A program made the translations under genes and the position numbers. Of a stretch of 64,000 nucleotides of DNA, positions 35,969 through 46,840 are shown piece after piece; the first letter of the stretch is position 1, and each line of letters opens with the position of its first letter. Below the pieces are notes generated by a model, which saw nothing but the letters and a program-made list of their open reading frames with translations, did not search any database and had not been told where the DNA came from. Source of the DNA: Ptychomitrium polyphyllum (Eukaryota); NCBI GenBank assembly GCA_973851085.1, contig OZ316775.1:5146001-5210000 (forward strand), written 5' to 3'.

Positions 35969-36543
35969 CCATTTATAGACACGTCATAAGAATAAACCAC
36001 AAAATCAGACAGGGCAACGAAACGAGGGATACTATAACTATTTAAATATGGTAACTATTGATTCTAAACAAAAGTTCACAGCTGATCGCAATGCAGAAAA
36101 CGCACCCGAGTACCGCAATATCGCCAAAAGCCTAAAACCTAATACTAGGGTTCAAGAAACAGAATCGATTAAGAAACTGATGAGAACTTGATCTGAAAAA
36201 AATAGATGCACTAAACTCCAGCAACAACAACAACCAAACACACCGTCACACAACCGCAACAATTTAGCGCTCTAATACGACCAACCACCGCAATGCCAAA
36301 ACACGAAACAAGAAAACAAAATCCGCTATAACTGTGAGAAGAGACCGCAAAAGAAAAGACCGCACAGAGACACAAAGAGAGCAGCGTGGGAGCAGCAAGA
36401 CCTAAGGGCGAGGACGGCAGTGCTAAAAGAATTCGCAATGGCGTCTACATAGAATATTTGTGTTGCCCTAGGGCGATGCGAAGCCTATTTCTGCTTCAGA
36501 TTCTAAATTATTACAAGGATTTGATCAGTGATGGCAGGATCGC

Positions 36544-38548
36544 CTACAAATCCGCCAGAGCCTTCAAATTGATGGGGTATGCAACGGTGGCATCACCGGT
36601 TAACAATAGGTTGAAGAGAATCCTCACGACGACCTCCGATGGGTGAAGCATGTCCCAGAACAGCGACTTGGATGGCCGCTTGCAGAAGTCTGCCACAGCG
36701 CCTGGCAGGTTCGTTGGCACGGGCTTCCCGCATTGCACTTGCGCATTCAAAAACCCGGCTCCGCAGCAACCTGCATGGACATTGTCCAAGCCTGTGGAAG
36801 GAGAAGACATTCAGGCTCATGTTAGATCACCTCACCAGAACATCAGAAACTACCTGACCGGTTGCTTGGCATTTCATACATAAACTATGAAACACTCAAT
36901 GTCGAGGAGATGGGTGAAATGAGCCACTTGCCAAAACGATTTCCGTCGGCGATCATGGCAGTGACGGGGTCAAAGCTGTTAGCGAGCACGAGGTTGAACC
37001 CCGGAAGTGAGACGTGGAGCTCGTCCACCAACTGCTTCAAACCTGCGTTGAATCCCAAAGCGAGCTGGTTCGCTGCCTCAACACATTCTCCAGGATTAGT
37101 GGGATTCGACGCTCTTGCGAGCGGGGAGCATCCCACTGGTCCTGCGCCAAATACAACCGTCTTCCGTGCTCCAGAGTTGTACAATGCCTGCCAATCCATT
37201 GATTCACAAGGCGCATTAGCAGAATGAACAATGCACAACCACCCTCACATCCCGATCGAGATCACCTAAATATTCAGGAACCATGGTTTACACGCTCAAG
37301 AAGATCAATTTGATGGGTCTGCAGAAAATGTTGGATTTACGTGGTTTTAGAGCTATTAGTTTTGAAGTCATGGCTTGATTGGAAAGGTTCGGCAGATAAC
37401 GGGCAGATGCTGACACGCAATTAAATTTAAGTAACTTGATGACGTGTTCACTGTGCTTACAAGGAATGTATGCTTGTATGCTTCGATGACGGAAGCGATG
37501 AACTGAGCAGGAGTCATCTGCTTCTGGAGGTCCAGGTTTCCTAGGAAGCTCGAAAGGTCGTTGGAGCCACTCAGAATGAGAAATATGGATTTCGAAATCA
37601 GTGCCTCGGCTCTCTGCTCTCCAAGTTGCTGCTGCAACGTTGCCTTCACACTTGCAAACTGTTGGACTTGGACATTCATTGGATTCACCTGCACGGTGAC
37701 CCAGCTATAACCAGATTTAATACTTGTCAGCAATGACGTGTACACAACAAAGTAATATGAATCGGCAAACGACCAAATGGAAACAATAACAGATCCGCAA
37801 TGCGAAAGTAAATGGGACTAAGAGGGATGTATTCGTAAACCAAGCTGCTTACTTTGCCTGCGTTGGTGGAATCAAGGAGGCCACTGCCAGAGGAGGCGAA
37901 GTTGGCTCCTTTGGAAAAGGAAGCATAGGGCTGCAGAAACGGTGGTGCAAACGGAAGCTCCATTGCTTGAGCTGTAGAATATCCAACCATGACGTTGCAA
38001 ATTAGGAAACTAGATTCTCACAAATTGTAAACCTGCATATCAAATCTTTCTCAATGTGAGCACTAAGATCAATATCTGTTGAACAATTTATGACTGTTCA
38101 CACGAAATTATGGAACTGATGATCAAATTAACAGGGAGTCATTCTTGTGCATTTGAGAATCAGTTTATTCCGTAATAATTCTATGTCTTTTTCGAAGTAT
38201 GGTATCTTACTTTGTTAGCTGTAATTACCAAGCAAGCAGATAATGTGTTGAGCGAGCCTAAGGCTTACCAATGAAATCAACGACGTTGCGGCCATTCGTG
38301 AACCGTCCGGTAGGTTTCTTGAAGAAAGTCTTGCCATAGGGTGGAAAGTCCGCCCTCGCTGTTGCTTGGGGCAGAAAATTGTTCGTCCCGACATCAGCCA
38401 AAGAGTCTCCGAATGCAAAATACGCTGGCACATTGAATCGTCTGTGAGAATGCCTCGTTGCCTCTACCAACTTAACATGAGCTGGTAGTACCACTACTGA
38501 GAGCATCACCACAGCCAACACTAGAAGTGCTCTCAATCCCATTATCAT
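36544..38548 (-). CDS. GDSL esterase/lipase, 5 exons (38548-38269, 37971-37853, 37688-37461, 37187-36932, 36791-36544)
   Basis: Signal peptide, FGDSLADVGTNN, PTGRFTNG, GANFASSGSG, GSND, YNSGARK, FWDMLHPSE (DxxH). Typical plant GDSL exon pattern. Confidence 0.93.
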
Positions 38549-40494
38549 CCACAACTTCAAGCCAACTCTCTCCCGCACTCCTGATCCCCCAAGTTTTGAG
38601 CTTGCAAAGAATTTCACCTTCTCGATCCGCTAACTGAACCCGAGCTTTTCAATAACCTGCAACCCACTCCACCTGGAAACCAATCTCACCACTGGTCACC
38701 AGTCGACCCCACAAGCTTTAAATGATTCCGGACCCAAATGGTTGCAGTACTACTCTGACAGTAACGATCTGAGCTAAATGATCCACAGCACGAAATGTTG
38801 ATATTGACTTTGATACATGCATGAGTGACCACCCCAAGGATTATATACCACCTGCACCACAGCTTAACCGTGTGGAGACTTGACAGAAGTTCGCCCACGC
38901 GCGCAAGGAGCTTCGGAAAGCTTGAGACGCCGCCCTTGGAAACCTGGCCGCGTCTGCATCACCGCTCGTGCTTGAAGTCAAAACCGCTAGACACGTCTGA
39001 TTTGGCAACCCTGCCTGCGTTCAGCTGAACTTGTCTCAAATTCCGTGTTCTTTAGTGTGAAAGCATTGAAGCAGAAGTTGCTGCCCAAGTACCGAAAAGT
39101 ACTTATGCCCTTACCGAAAATTTTAGAATTTCATTTGTATCAGAACAACGTAAGTCTAAATCAATAAAAGTTAAAAGCTCCTGGCTGTACATGCACGCTG
39201 TGCTGTACCGTTGAGTGATGTCATGTGTACAGTGTACAGATGGTACTTTTTATTTTAGTTTTTTGTAGTTGTCTAACTTTTAGAAACATAGTTATAGGAT
39301 GATGTTTATCTGAGATTATTTCATCCATGGTTTGCATATAGTCTCGATTTTTGAATATTTATAAATTAATTTTTAAGATATATACTCTAATTTAGAAGTT
39401 GTTACATCTAAAGGAACATATTTGTAGTGAAATGCACACATTATTGGTTTTGAACAACAGATAATATAGTAATAATGTCCAACATGTTCCTTCATGATCT
39501 ATTATCCAAAATTTACTTACTAATTTGCACCTCTAAATAAGATGAAAATATTATCCAACACATTTTTCATAATTTTTTATCTATAAATTATCTTTTGAAC
39601 AGATCTGTAACTATAAACAAAATGCAAAAGATCTCTAATGGATAAATTTATCCATTAAAGCTCTTAGAATGCAAATAATGTCAATAAGATCACCTTATTT
39701 ATTAAAGCTCTTAGGATGTATATGCTTATGGACAATTATTTTTTGTTTCTTGCATATTTGAAGAGCATGCATAGATTGTTTGATACATTTCCTTAGTTGC
39801 TTTGAAATTTTAGAATGTACATGTCATCTTTATCTTTTAAATTGTAAATCCCTATATAAGCAATTTGAAAGTTTCAAAAGCTCTTATAGATGAAATGTAC
39901 ATCAACATGATCTTATACCACTTCAACCAACAATAAATGAGTTATTATATATAAATATTTCAATTTTAGATGAATAAAAACTAAAAGAAGATGAATATTA
40001 GAAAACTATAATTTTCTTTTAAATTTAATAAATAGCATGGTTGTGTTCAATCATTGTTAATATTTTTTTATTACTACTATTTCTATTTCCTAGCTTATAA
40101 GTTTTTTTTGGATGTATTTGATATCTTTCAAAAAATCAAAATTAAAAAGAAGTTTCTATTCTGAAATTATATTATTTTTTACTTGAAATAATATTTGTGC
40201 ATATCTAAAAGAAGTATTGATTTAAGTACCAATGTACAAAGCACTTACATACAAAGTTTTTAGCATACAAAATCATTGTAAGTTCATTAAAAACCATATG
40301 TATTTTTTTTGTTTATTATTTTATTCAATAATCATTTTTTATATCTAATAAACCATATATGATACATGGTCACATTTGACTTGCTATTATTTCTATTACT
40401 ACCCACTTTCTACGAACAACCGTATTTGGTCCGACAATGGTAATTAAATTAATTTGATCCTATAGAAGTTTGTTAATGAATAAGAGAGAAACAT

Positions 40495-40572
40495 CTTCAT
40501 CCTCTTCACATCCTAACCTTCTTTTCATCCTGACCTCATTTTCATCCTGACCTTCTTTTCACCCTAACCCTA
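40495..40572. repeat. ~18 bp pyrimidine-rich tandem repeat
   Basis: catcctaaccttctttt / catcctgacctcatttt / catcctgaccttctttt / caccctaacc. Confidence 0.6.
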
Positions 40573-40791
40573 AGGCAAAGTTACTCCTCAACTTAGGTGA
40601 ATGCTTAGAAATCATAAGCATCTGCTGGAGCTCAAATCTTGGTGTCCTGCTCAAAAGCTATGCCCACATTGAGCATCCATGAAATTTCAGAGGGCAATGT
40701 CATGAGTAGCCCTGAAGGATAAAATGATAGTTAACATGATGTGCTGCAGTTCAAAAGGATTGTATGCATCAATGAGTGTGGTAATAGAAGA

Positions 40792-42405
40792 ATGATATTG
40801 CCAGTGGCAAAGTTGGGAGCATTGTTGATGAAGTCATTGGGGAAGCCTCTTGCAGGCAATTTGAAAAAACATGCAGCTAGACATCCTCGCTTTCGACAGA
40901 TTATTGTAGACTTTGCGCAGGTTAGGGTTTTGTATAACGAAGAAATGGTTAACATCATTGTATTTGGAAAAACGCAAAAGCAAACCTGGATCACTTCTGA
41001 AGTGTCAACTACGAAAGATTATCTGAATCTCTAAATCAATATCGTTAGTGAATGAGATATCTTCATGAAGAGTTTCTTGCCATGAGTGCGTTTCTCGGCA
41101 GAATGCCAAAACTTCCAAATGCATTTGAACAAACTTGTTAGTGTCATTGCATAAATTTGAAATATTTCAAAATCTAGAATGTCTAAATTTAGAAATTTTG
41201 ACGTTCCAACGGCACATTTCTGCTAATTCTCTGGACCCTCTAGGACCGACAAAGCAACAGGAGGCAATGGTTATCCCAGATTGCAGATAACTCCAAATTA
41301 TTGATGTTGCAGTGTTAGAATTTTAGGGTACACAATAATGCTTCTGTAACACAACTGAATGTTAGTTCTGTAACTTTTGTCACTGTTATGCTGAGAATTA
41401 TTGTTGCGATGTAAATTGAAGTAGATGAGCTAAGCTGTGATGGTTTGCAGTCCAATCACAGATTTCAAGTGAACTTGCAGCGACGGATATATGGGCATGA
41501 CACTGCTGTGGTCATTCATCCTCTCAATCCAGAGAAAGCTGTGCAAGCAGCGTCTGATCTTCTTGGAGAGTTCATAATCTTTACCGTATTGATGCAACCT
41601 TAATTCCCAATCTGGCCAATTAGCAGACTGAAAGTCATGTTGAAATATTTTCCACCCATTTTTGAATCTTCACATGAACCTCCGACAATTCAAAATAATT
41701 CTTCCTAAAATTTCAAATTTCGGACTTTGACATTGATAAGTCTGTACAAGACATGAAATCCCATGTACAATGGAAACAACGTGATGATGCAGTGTGGCCT
41801 ACTGTTGGCAGGTGGGTGGCACTATCGTCATTCTTGAAGTACAACGAAGTGCTCGTTCTGAAGCTCTCAAAGAAGCCAAGATGAGAGCAGAGTTGGAAGT
41901 AAGTTACAGACCTCAAAAAAAGAACATACTGTGTGGTGTGTTGCACTATCAATACCACTATTGTGTACTATACCCATTTGGATGCTGCAGCAGTTGTAGA
42001 ATCCATTGTTGATAGTTCAATCATCAGAACAGACAAGCAGTACCAGTTGTACCTTATAAAAGTCCCCACTCTAGGAGTGTATCTGCTCTTGACTATCGTG
42101 TAGGAATTGGATTGCTTTCAGTTAGAAACTGTACTGATTCACATGCGGAGTGACATTAGCAATTATAATTGCGTCAGGCACTGCAGGAAAAAGATAGGTG
42201 TGCATCGACTGAGCTTGAGAATTTGAGAATGCGTGTCGAAGAGTTGGAAAAGGCATCAAAAATTGGAAGGGCAAGCAGGAGCACACCAAGTTTTAGTATT
42301 CTGAGAAATGTCAGTGATCAAAGCGAAGAAATTCAGACTAGGAGCTTGGCACCACCTAATCCAAACCAAAAAAATACTACAACTGAGAAGGCTCCGCAAA
42401 ATTAA
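40792..42405 (+). CDS. OPA3: OPA3-like (optic atrophy 3 family) mitochondrial protein. Exons 40792-40920, 41451-41585, 41812-41898, 42178-42405
   Basis: MILPVAKLGALLMKSLGKPLA..LKKHAARHPRFR, IHPLNPEKAVQAASDLLGEFIIFT, VGGTIVILEVQRSARSEA.KE and a coiled-coil tail. All introns are phase-0 GT-AG. Confidence 0.9.
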
Positions 42406-43486
42406 ATGCCATAACTAGGGTTCGACTCAGGTAATTAATTGCCGCTCAATCCACACATATGGTATAGAAACTCAGTATCTCAACGTAATTTCTGGGGTAT
42501 CAAATCTTTTTTAGTCTATGATGGCAGCGTCGTGAAGGGGACTAACTCAACAAAACCATCAAATCTTGAGCAACTTTATCGAGGAGGCATTGTCATAGAA
42601 ATAGTTGATTTATACCTTCAAAATTTGCCTTTGAAATTTTGTGAATTCTTCGCCCTTTTGCAAGGTACTATACTGTTACGTAGTTCAAATGAGATGAAGG
42701 CATGCCACGTTTAAAATTCAACTAGAACTTTATGAACCATTATTTACAGTACAGGGCCCATTCTGATAGTTCACGTAAGAAAAGGACACAATCATTCGAC
42801 AGCAATGGGACTGCTTTGAACATAGTGCAGCATGATTTTGAAAACTTAGCTCTCAATTTGGCGAGTATCGTAGTACTCAAAGTTTGAAGCATTGGCAAAG
42901 CAGAGACCTCTGGCATTGGCTAATCACAGACACATCGTGTCTCTAAGCTTCTAAAATTCTAACTTCGTTACTTTGAGGATTGGTAGACCTTCAAATCCTA
43001 CATGAAACTTTTGATCATGAGAAACCACAAACATGCTTATTAAGTATTTTAGACAGGAAACGCAACACTTAACATTTCAGCACAATGACCTCGCATCAAA
43101 CCTCCTAAACAGCATGTCCCTGTTGCACTCTCTTTAAGCCAAACTCAGACTCAATTGTCCTACAAGCTGCAGTTGCTGGAATCACGACCAATAAACGCGA
43201 ACACAGACACAATAATTTCTCCTTCCTTAATACGGAAAAGACCCCTCCATCCAAACACAGACAAGTTGCAGAATTCAACCCTCTCCAACGACATTTGATG
43301 CTTGCAAAAGCTGAAAAGAATCAATACAAACACACAAAAAATTAACAAAATAAACAGAACCACAAGGAAAACCAGAAATGTGAAACGATCAGACAACCTA
43401 GCCGAACATTTCACCGAACAGAATAGCCAAGAGTACCTTGCAACAACAATGACAGAACCAAAGTAAACGTAATCATGTACACCAGC

Positions 43487-45357
43487 ACTTCACATGGTAG
43501 TGTCACAGTAAACTTCTCTTTCAATCAATTCACACAACCGTGAATAGTAGCGCCTACACTCTACCTCTCTACAACGCACAGCTGCACATTGGGACCCGAA
43601 TTGTACAGAACGCAGCCGTGCATCCGCTTGTAATGTGCTCGAAGCGATGGTCCTGAAACCACCAAGAATTGTGGACTTGCAACTGGATGAAAAAAGACCT
43701 ACACCTACATGGGTAAACCCCAGTCTCGTTACCGCACACACTTCATAATACAGCAACGCCTACGGCTGCACCTAAGCTAACACAGGTACTCACCAGCTGT
43801 GAGGGGACCCATCCTGCCAACACTCACCGAATGTGTGTTCGTCCCAGCGACCACACCCCCGTATCACGGACGGCACTCTGCGATTTCGGAGAAGGAAAAA
43901 CATTCCAGAACCGCAGCGTCTCATCGCCGGCTCCCGTCACGATCGTTTGACCGTCCGGGGATATGGCCAGATACAACACCCGCATCGTGTGCCCTGTCAA
44001 CGTGGCCAGCTTCGACATCGTCGGGTACCTCCACACGATGATCTGGTTCTGGGAGTACCCGTGTGTGCTCACCACCTCGTTCACGTTCTTCGACCACACC
44101 AGATTGCACACCTGGCTCCCCGTATCGTAGCAATTCAACGGCGTGCTCGTCGCGCTGTTCCAGAATCGTATGCACCGGTCCGCCGTCCCGCCCCCGGACG
44201 CCAGCAGGCCGTGCTGATGGGGTGACCACGCAATCGCCTTCACAGCGGCCGTGTGCTCGCTGAACTTCACCACCGGCTGCGACGATTGCTGGTTCCACAC
44301 CAACAGCTGGTTGTCGTTCCCACCCGACGCCAGCTCCCGATCGTCGTAAGACCACTTCAGCCCGCACACTTCCGATTTGTGCCCTACCAGCTTGCTCACG
44401 AAGTCCTCCGCCACTCTCACGTCCCGCTGCAGGATGTTCCGGTCCCGGCTGCCGGACGACAACATGTGCGAACTCCACGCCAGCGTCCCGACCCGCGTCC
44501 GATGCCCGCCCATCGTGCGCACCTTCCTGCACTTCGTCGCATCCCACAGCTGCACCTCCCCCAAATTCGTCCCCACGGCCAGGTACGTGCCCCTCTGTGT
44601 CCACCCGACGGAGCACACGCTGTCCGTGGGTCCCAAGTCGCACAGCTTCGTCACCTTGCTCGTGCACGCGCTCCACAGGTACACGCAGGTGCCCAACCCA
44701 ACCGCAAGCACGTTGTGCGACGACCAATCCACCAGATTCAGGTAGAAGTCGTCCTGCAACGCCGGCGCATCCAGCACCTTGTAAGGCGACCGAGCGATCT
44801 TCCGAGGGGCTTTCCGAGGCGACACCGCTGCTCCGCCCAGCGCACCATCAGCCGGCGCCAGGGCGAACGGGCTCTCTGGCATTGCATTTGCCCCGGCGCT
44901 CGGCTTCGTCTCGCTCTTGAATCTGAACAGGTTCCGGTTCGTCGGACTCCTTGGCGATCGCATCGGGTCCCTCGACCCAATTCCCATCGGCTTCTCCACC
45001 GGCGTCGCTGGGGAGCTCGCCTCCTGCCCGAGAAGCTCTGTTCTCAGCAGCATTGAGTACGCCGCCCCGCCATCCTCTCTGTTGTCATTGGATTGCGCGA
45101 CGTTGGCCCCCGACGGAGAGCGATCCAGGAGAGCAAAACCCGCCAGGTTTGAGCTCGAGCGGCTCGGAATAAACCTATCGCTGTATGAAGTCCTTGTGGG
45201 TGAGGAGGTGCTCGCGGTGCCCATGACATTCTTCATTGGGGATCCTGACCCTTGCCATGATCGCCTCGCAATTGTATCAAGGTGCAACGCGTCTCGTGAC
45301 ATGCCAACAGGTAGGTTGAGAGACCGTGCAACCCTACTCTGGTCCATGTCCTCTCCA
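43487..45357. repeat. Right arm of the 1.87 kb inverted repeat
   Basis: Reverse complement of 24581-26451. Confidence 0.95.
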
Positions 45358-45389
45358 ATCTCCCCAGCCCCGCCCATAGGGTAGTCCAT
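43824..45389 (-). CDS. CCS52: APC/C co-activator CCS52/FZR1/Cdh1, copy 2, intronless CDS, 521 aa
   Basis: Protein identical to copy 1 from GEDMDQSR onward; only the first ~11-13 residues differ (MDYPMGGAGEI vs MDDPMDGAEDIGD). Confidence 0.97.
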   Translation of the reverse strand: MDYPMGGAGEIGEDMDQSRVARSLNLPVGMSRDALHLDTIARRSWQGSGSPMKNVMGTASTSSPTRTSYSDRFIPSRSSSNLAGFALLDRSPSGANVAQSNDNREDGGAAYSMLLRTELLGQEASSPATPVEKPMGIGSRDPMRSPRSPTNRNLFRFKSETKPSAGANAMPESPFALAPADGALGGAAVSPRKAPRKIARSPYKVLDAPALQDDFYLNLVDWSSHNVLAVGLGTCVYLWSACTSKVTKLCDLGPTDSVCSVGWTQRGTYLAVGTNLGEVQLWDATKCRKVRTMGGHRTRVGTLAWSSHMLSSGSRDRNILQRDVRVAEDFVSKLVGHKSEVCGLKWSYDDRELASGGNDNQLLVWNQQSSQPVVKFSEHTAAVKAIAWSPHQHGLLASGGGTADRCIRFWNSATSTPLNCYDTGSQVCNLVWSKNVNEVVSTHGYSQNQIIVWRYPTMSKLATLTGHTMRVLYLAISPDGQTIVTGAGDETLRFWNVFPSPKSQSAVRDTGVWSLGRTHIR

Positions 45390-46840
45390 TCGCACGTCGA
45401 GTGGTTGCACAGAACAACTCTATGCAACAGTCACTCTCTTCCCTACAATAAGAGAAATTAAGAAAGACGTGTCACCTCAATTTCGCCATATCCTTGTGCC
45501 TACATTGTAATAATGTGCGGTATGCGTAGAAGTTCGCACAGCCCTTTCCTCGGGCATCCCATTCCATTTGCGCTTGTACTCACTTACACAATCGTGTGCC
45601 AATAGAAGTGCACACAATGGTGAAATCTCGGACCATAGCAGCGAGTCCCAGCAGATAATAACACCTCCACAATTCGCAGAGAGCATGCAAATTCTCTTCA
45701 AACGCACACAATCAGATTGCAAAACGGCGTAAAAGCAATTATTCTCGGCCCAAGAAGGACTTTCATTGAGGAGAGAAGACTAGTCCGCAAACTTTCGCAA
45801 CAGAGGCACCTCTGCTGAAAAACTCCAATGCTGCAACCCCCATACCAAACCAGCGATCACCGCACCAGCACCAGGCTGCGCTCTCCACCCTCCAATCCTC
45901 CGAAGCCGCTAAAACTGTTACCATCTACTAAAACAACACTAAGCGCCCATGAACAACTCGAAAAAAAAATTCAGAAAAATAACACTATCTCCCTCCCATC
46001 ACATCTAACATCCATAACTCACCCACCACTCTGTACCATCACCAGAATCTCATAAACTTAACCGAAACGGGTGACACCCCACGTTCGCCCTCAAACCCCT
46101 CAATTCAGGCCCACCACCTGAACCTCCATACACGCACTTCACACCCTTGAAGCTCCCACCTCAAAAAATCGTGCTGCTAACTGATTCACCTCTCTTCACC
46201 TCCTCGCTTAACGATCTAAGCCCACCACCACAATCGAAGCACTTAACCTTCCATCACGACAACAACCGACGTATCAAAGTGGATACGGCTGCAAACAGCC
46301 CACGACAAAAACCGAACTGAAAGCTATGAACGTGACGATGCAGATTGATGTTGAGGCAACAGCGGAAGAGTTCACATGGAGGGAGGGCAAATGCGAGGTG
46401 GGGGCTCGCACATGGCGATGGCGGAGGGGGAACAATGGTTTTGCTGCAACGGCTCTCCAAGAGAGACGGCCTCTCTCAGGGGGCCCAGACGACCGCCCAA
46501 ACCGGTTAATCACCCTCATTACCCCTCCATTATCTCACTTAGCAGTTTACGCCAGACTCCTAAGCTTTGCTCAACCCGTTGTCACTTGACGTGGTAACTC
46601 AACCTGGTTCCTCCGTGGCGTGGCATGACCTTTAGATGTTTGGGCGTGGCGGGAGCTTCCTGAGTAGGTCGAGATGTTCTCCACGTTGGATCGGAGAGGA
46701 TGATAAATGGGAGTAGGCCAGGATGAATCTAATGCTGGATGTTAGTGAAGTGCCACTTACTTTGTTCAGCGGATGAATTATGACGTAATTCAAATATTTA
46801 GGAAAACTTGCATTGATGAGGACCGGATTCAGTTCGTATC
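45390..46840 (-). promoter_or_regulatory. Promoter, 5' UTR and probable intron of CCS52 copy 2
   Basis: Diverged inverted homolog of 22980-24542. Conserved block at 46602-46634; AACGG at 46448-46452. Confidence 0.6.

Noticed and set aside
42415..42435. GGTTCGACTC as a tRNA T-loop
   Set aside because: No cloverleaf or A-box in the flanks; lies in the OPA3 3' UTR.
45390..45410. N-terminal extension MQPLDVR of CCS52 copy 2 in the ORF track
   Set aside because: Starts at GTG; the ATG at 45389 aligns with the copy-1 start.
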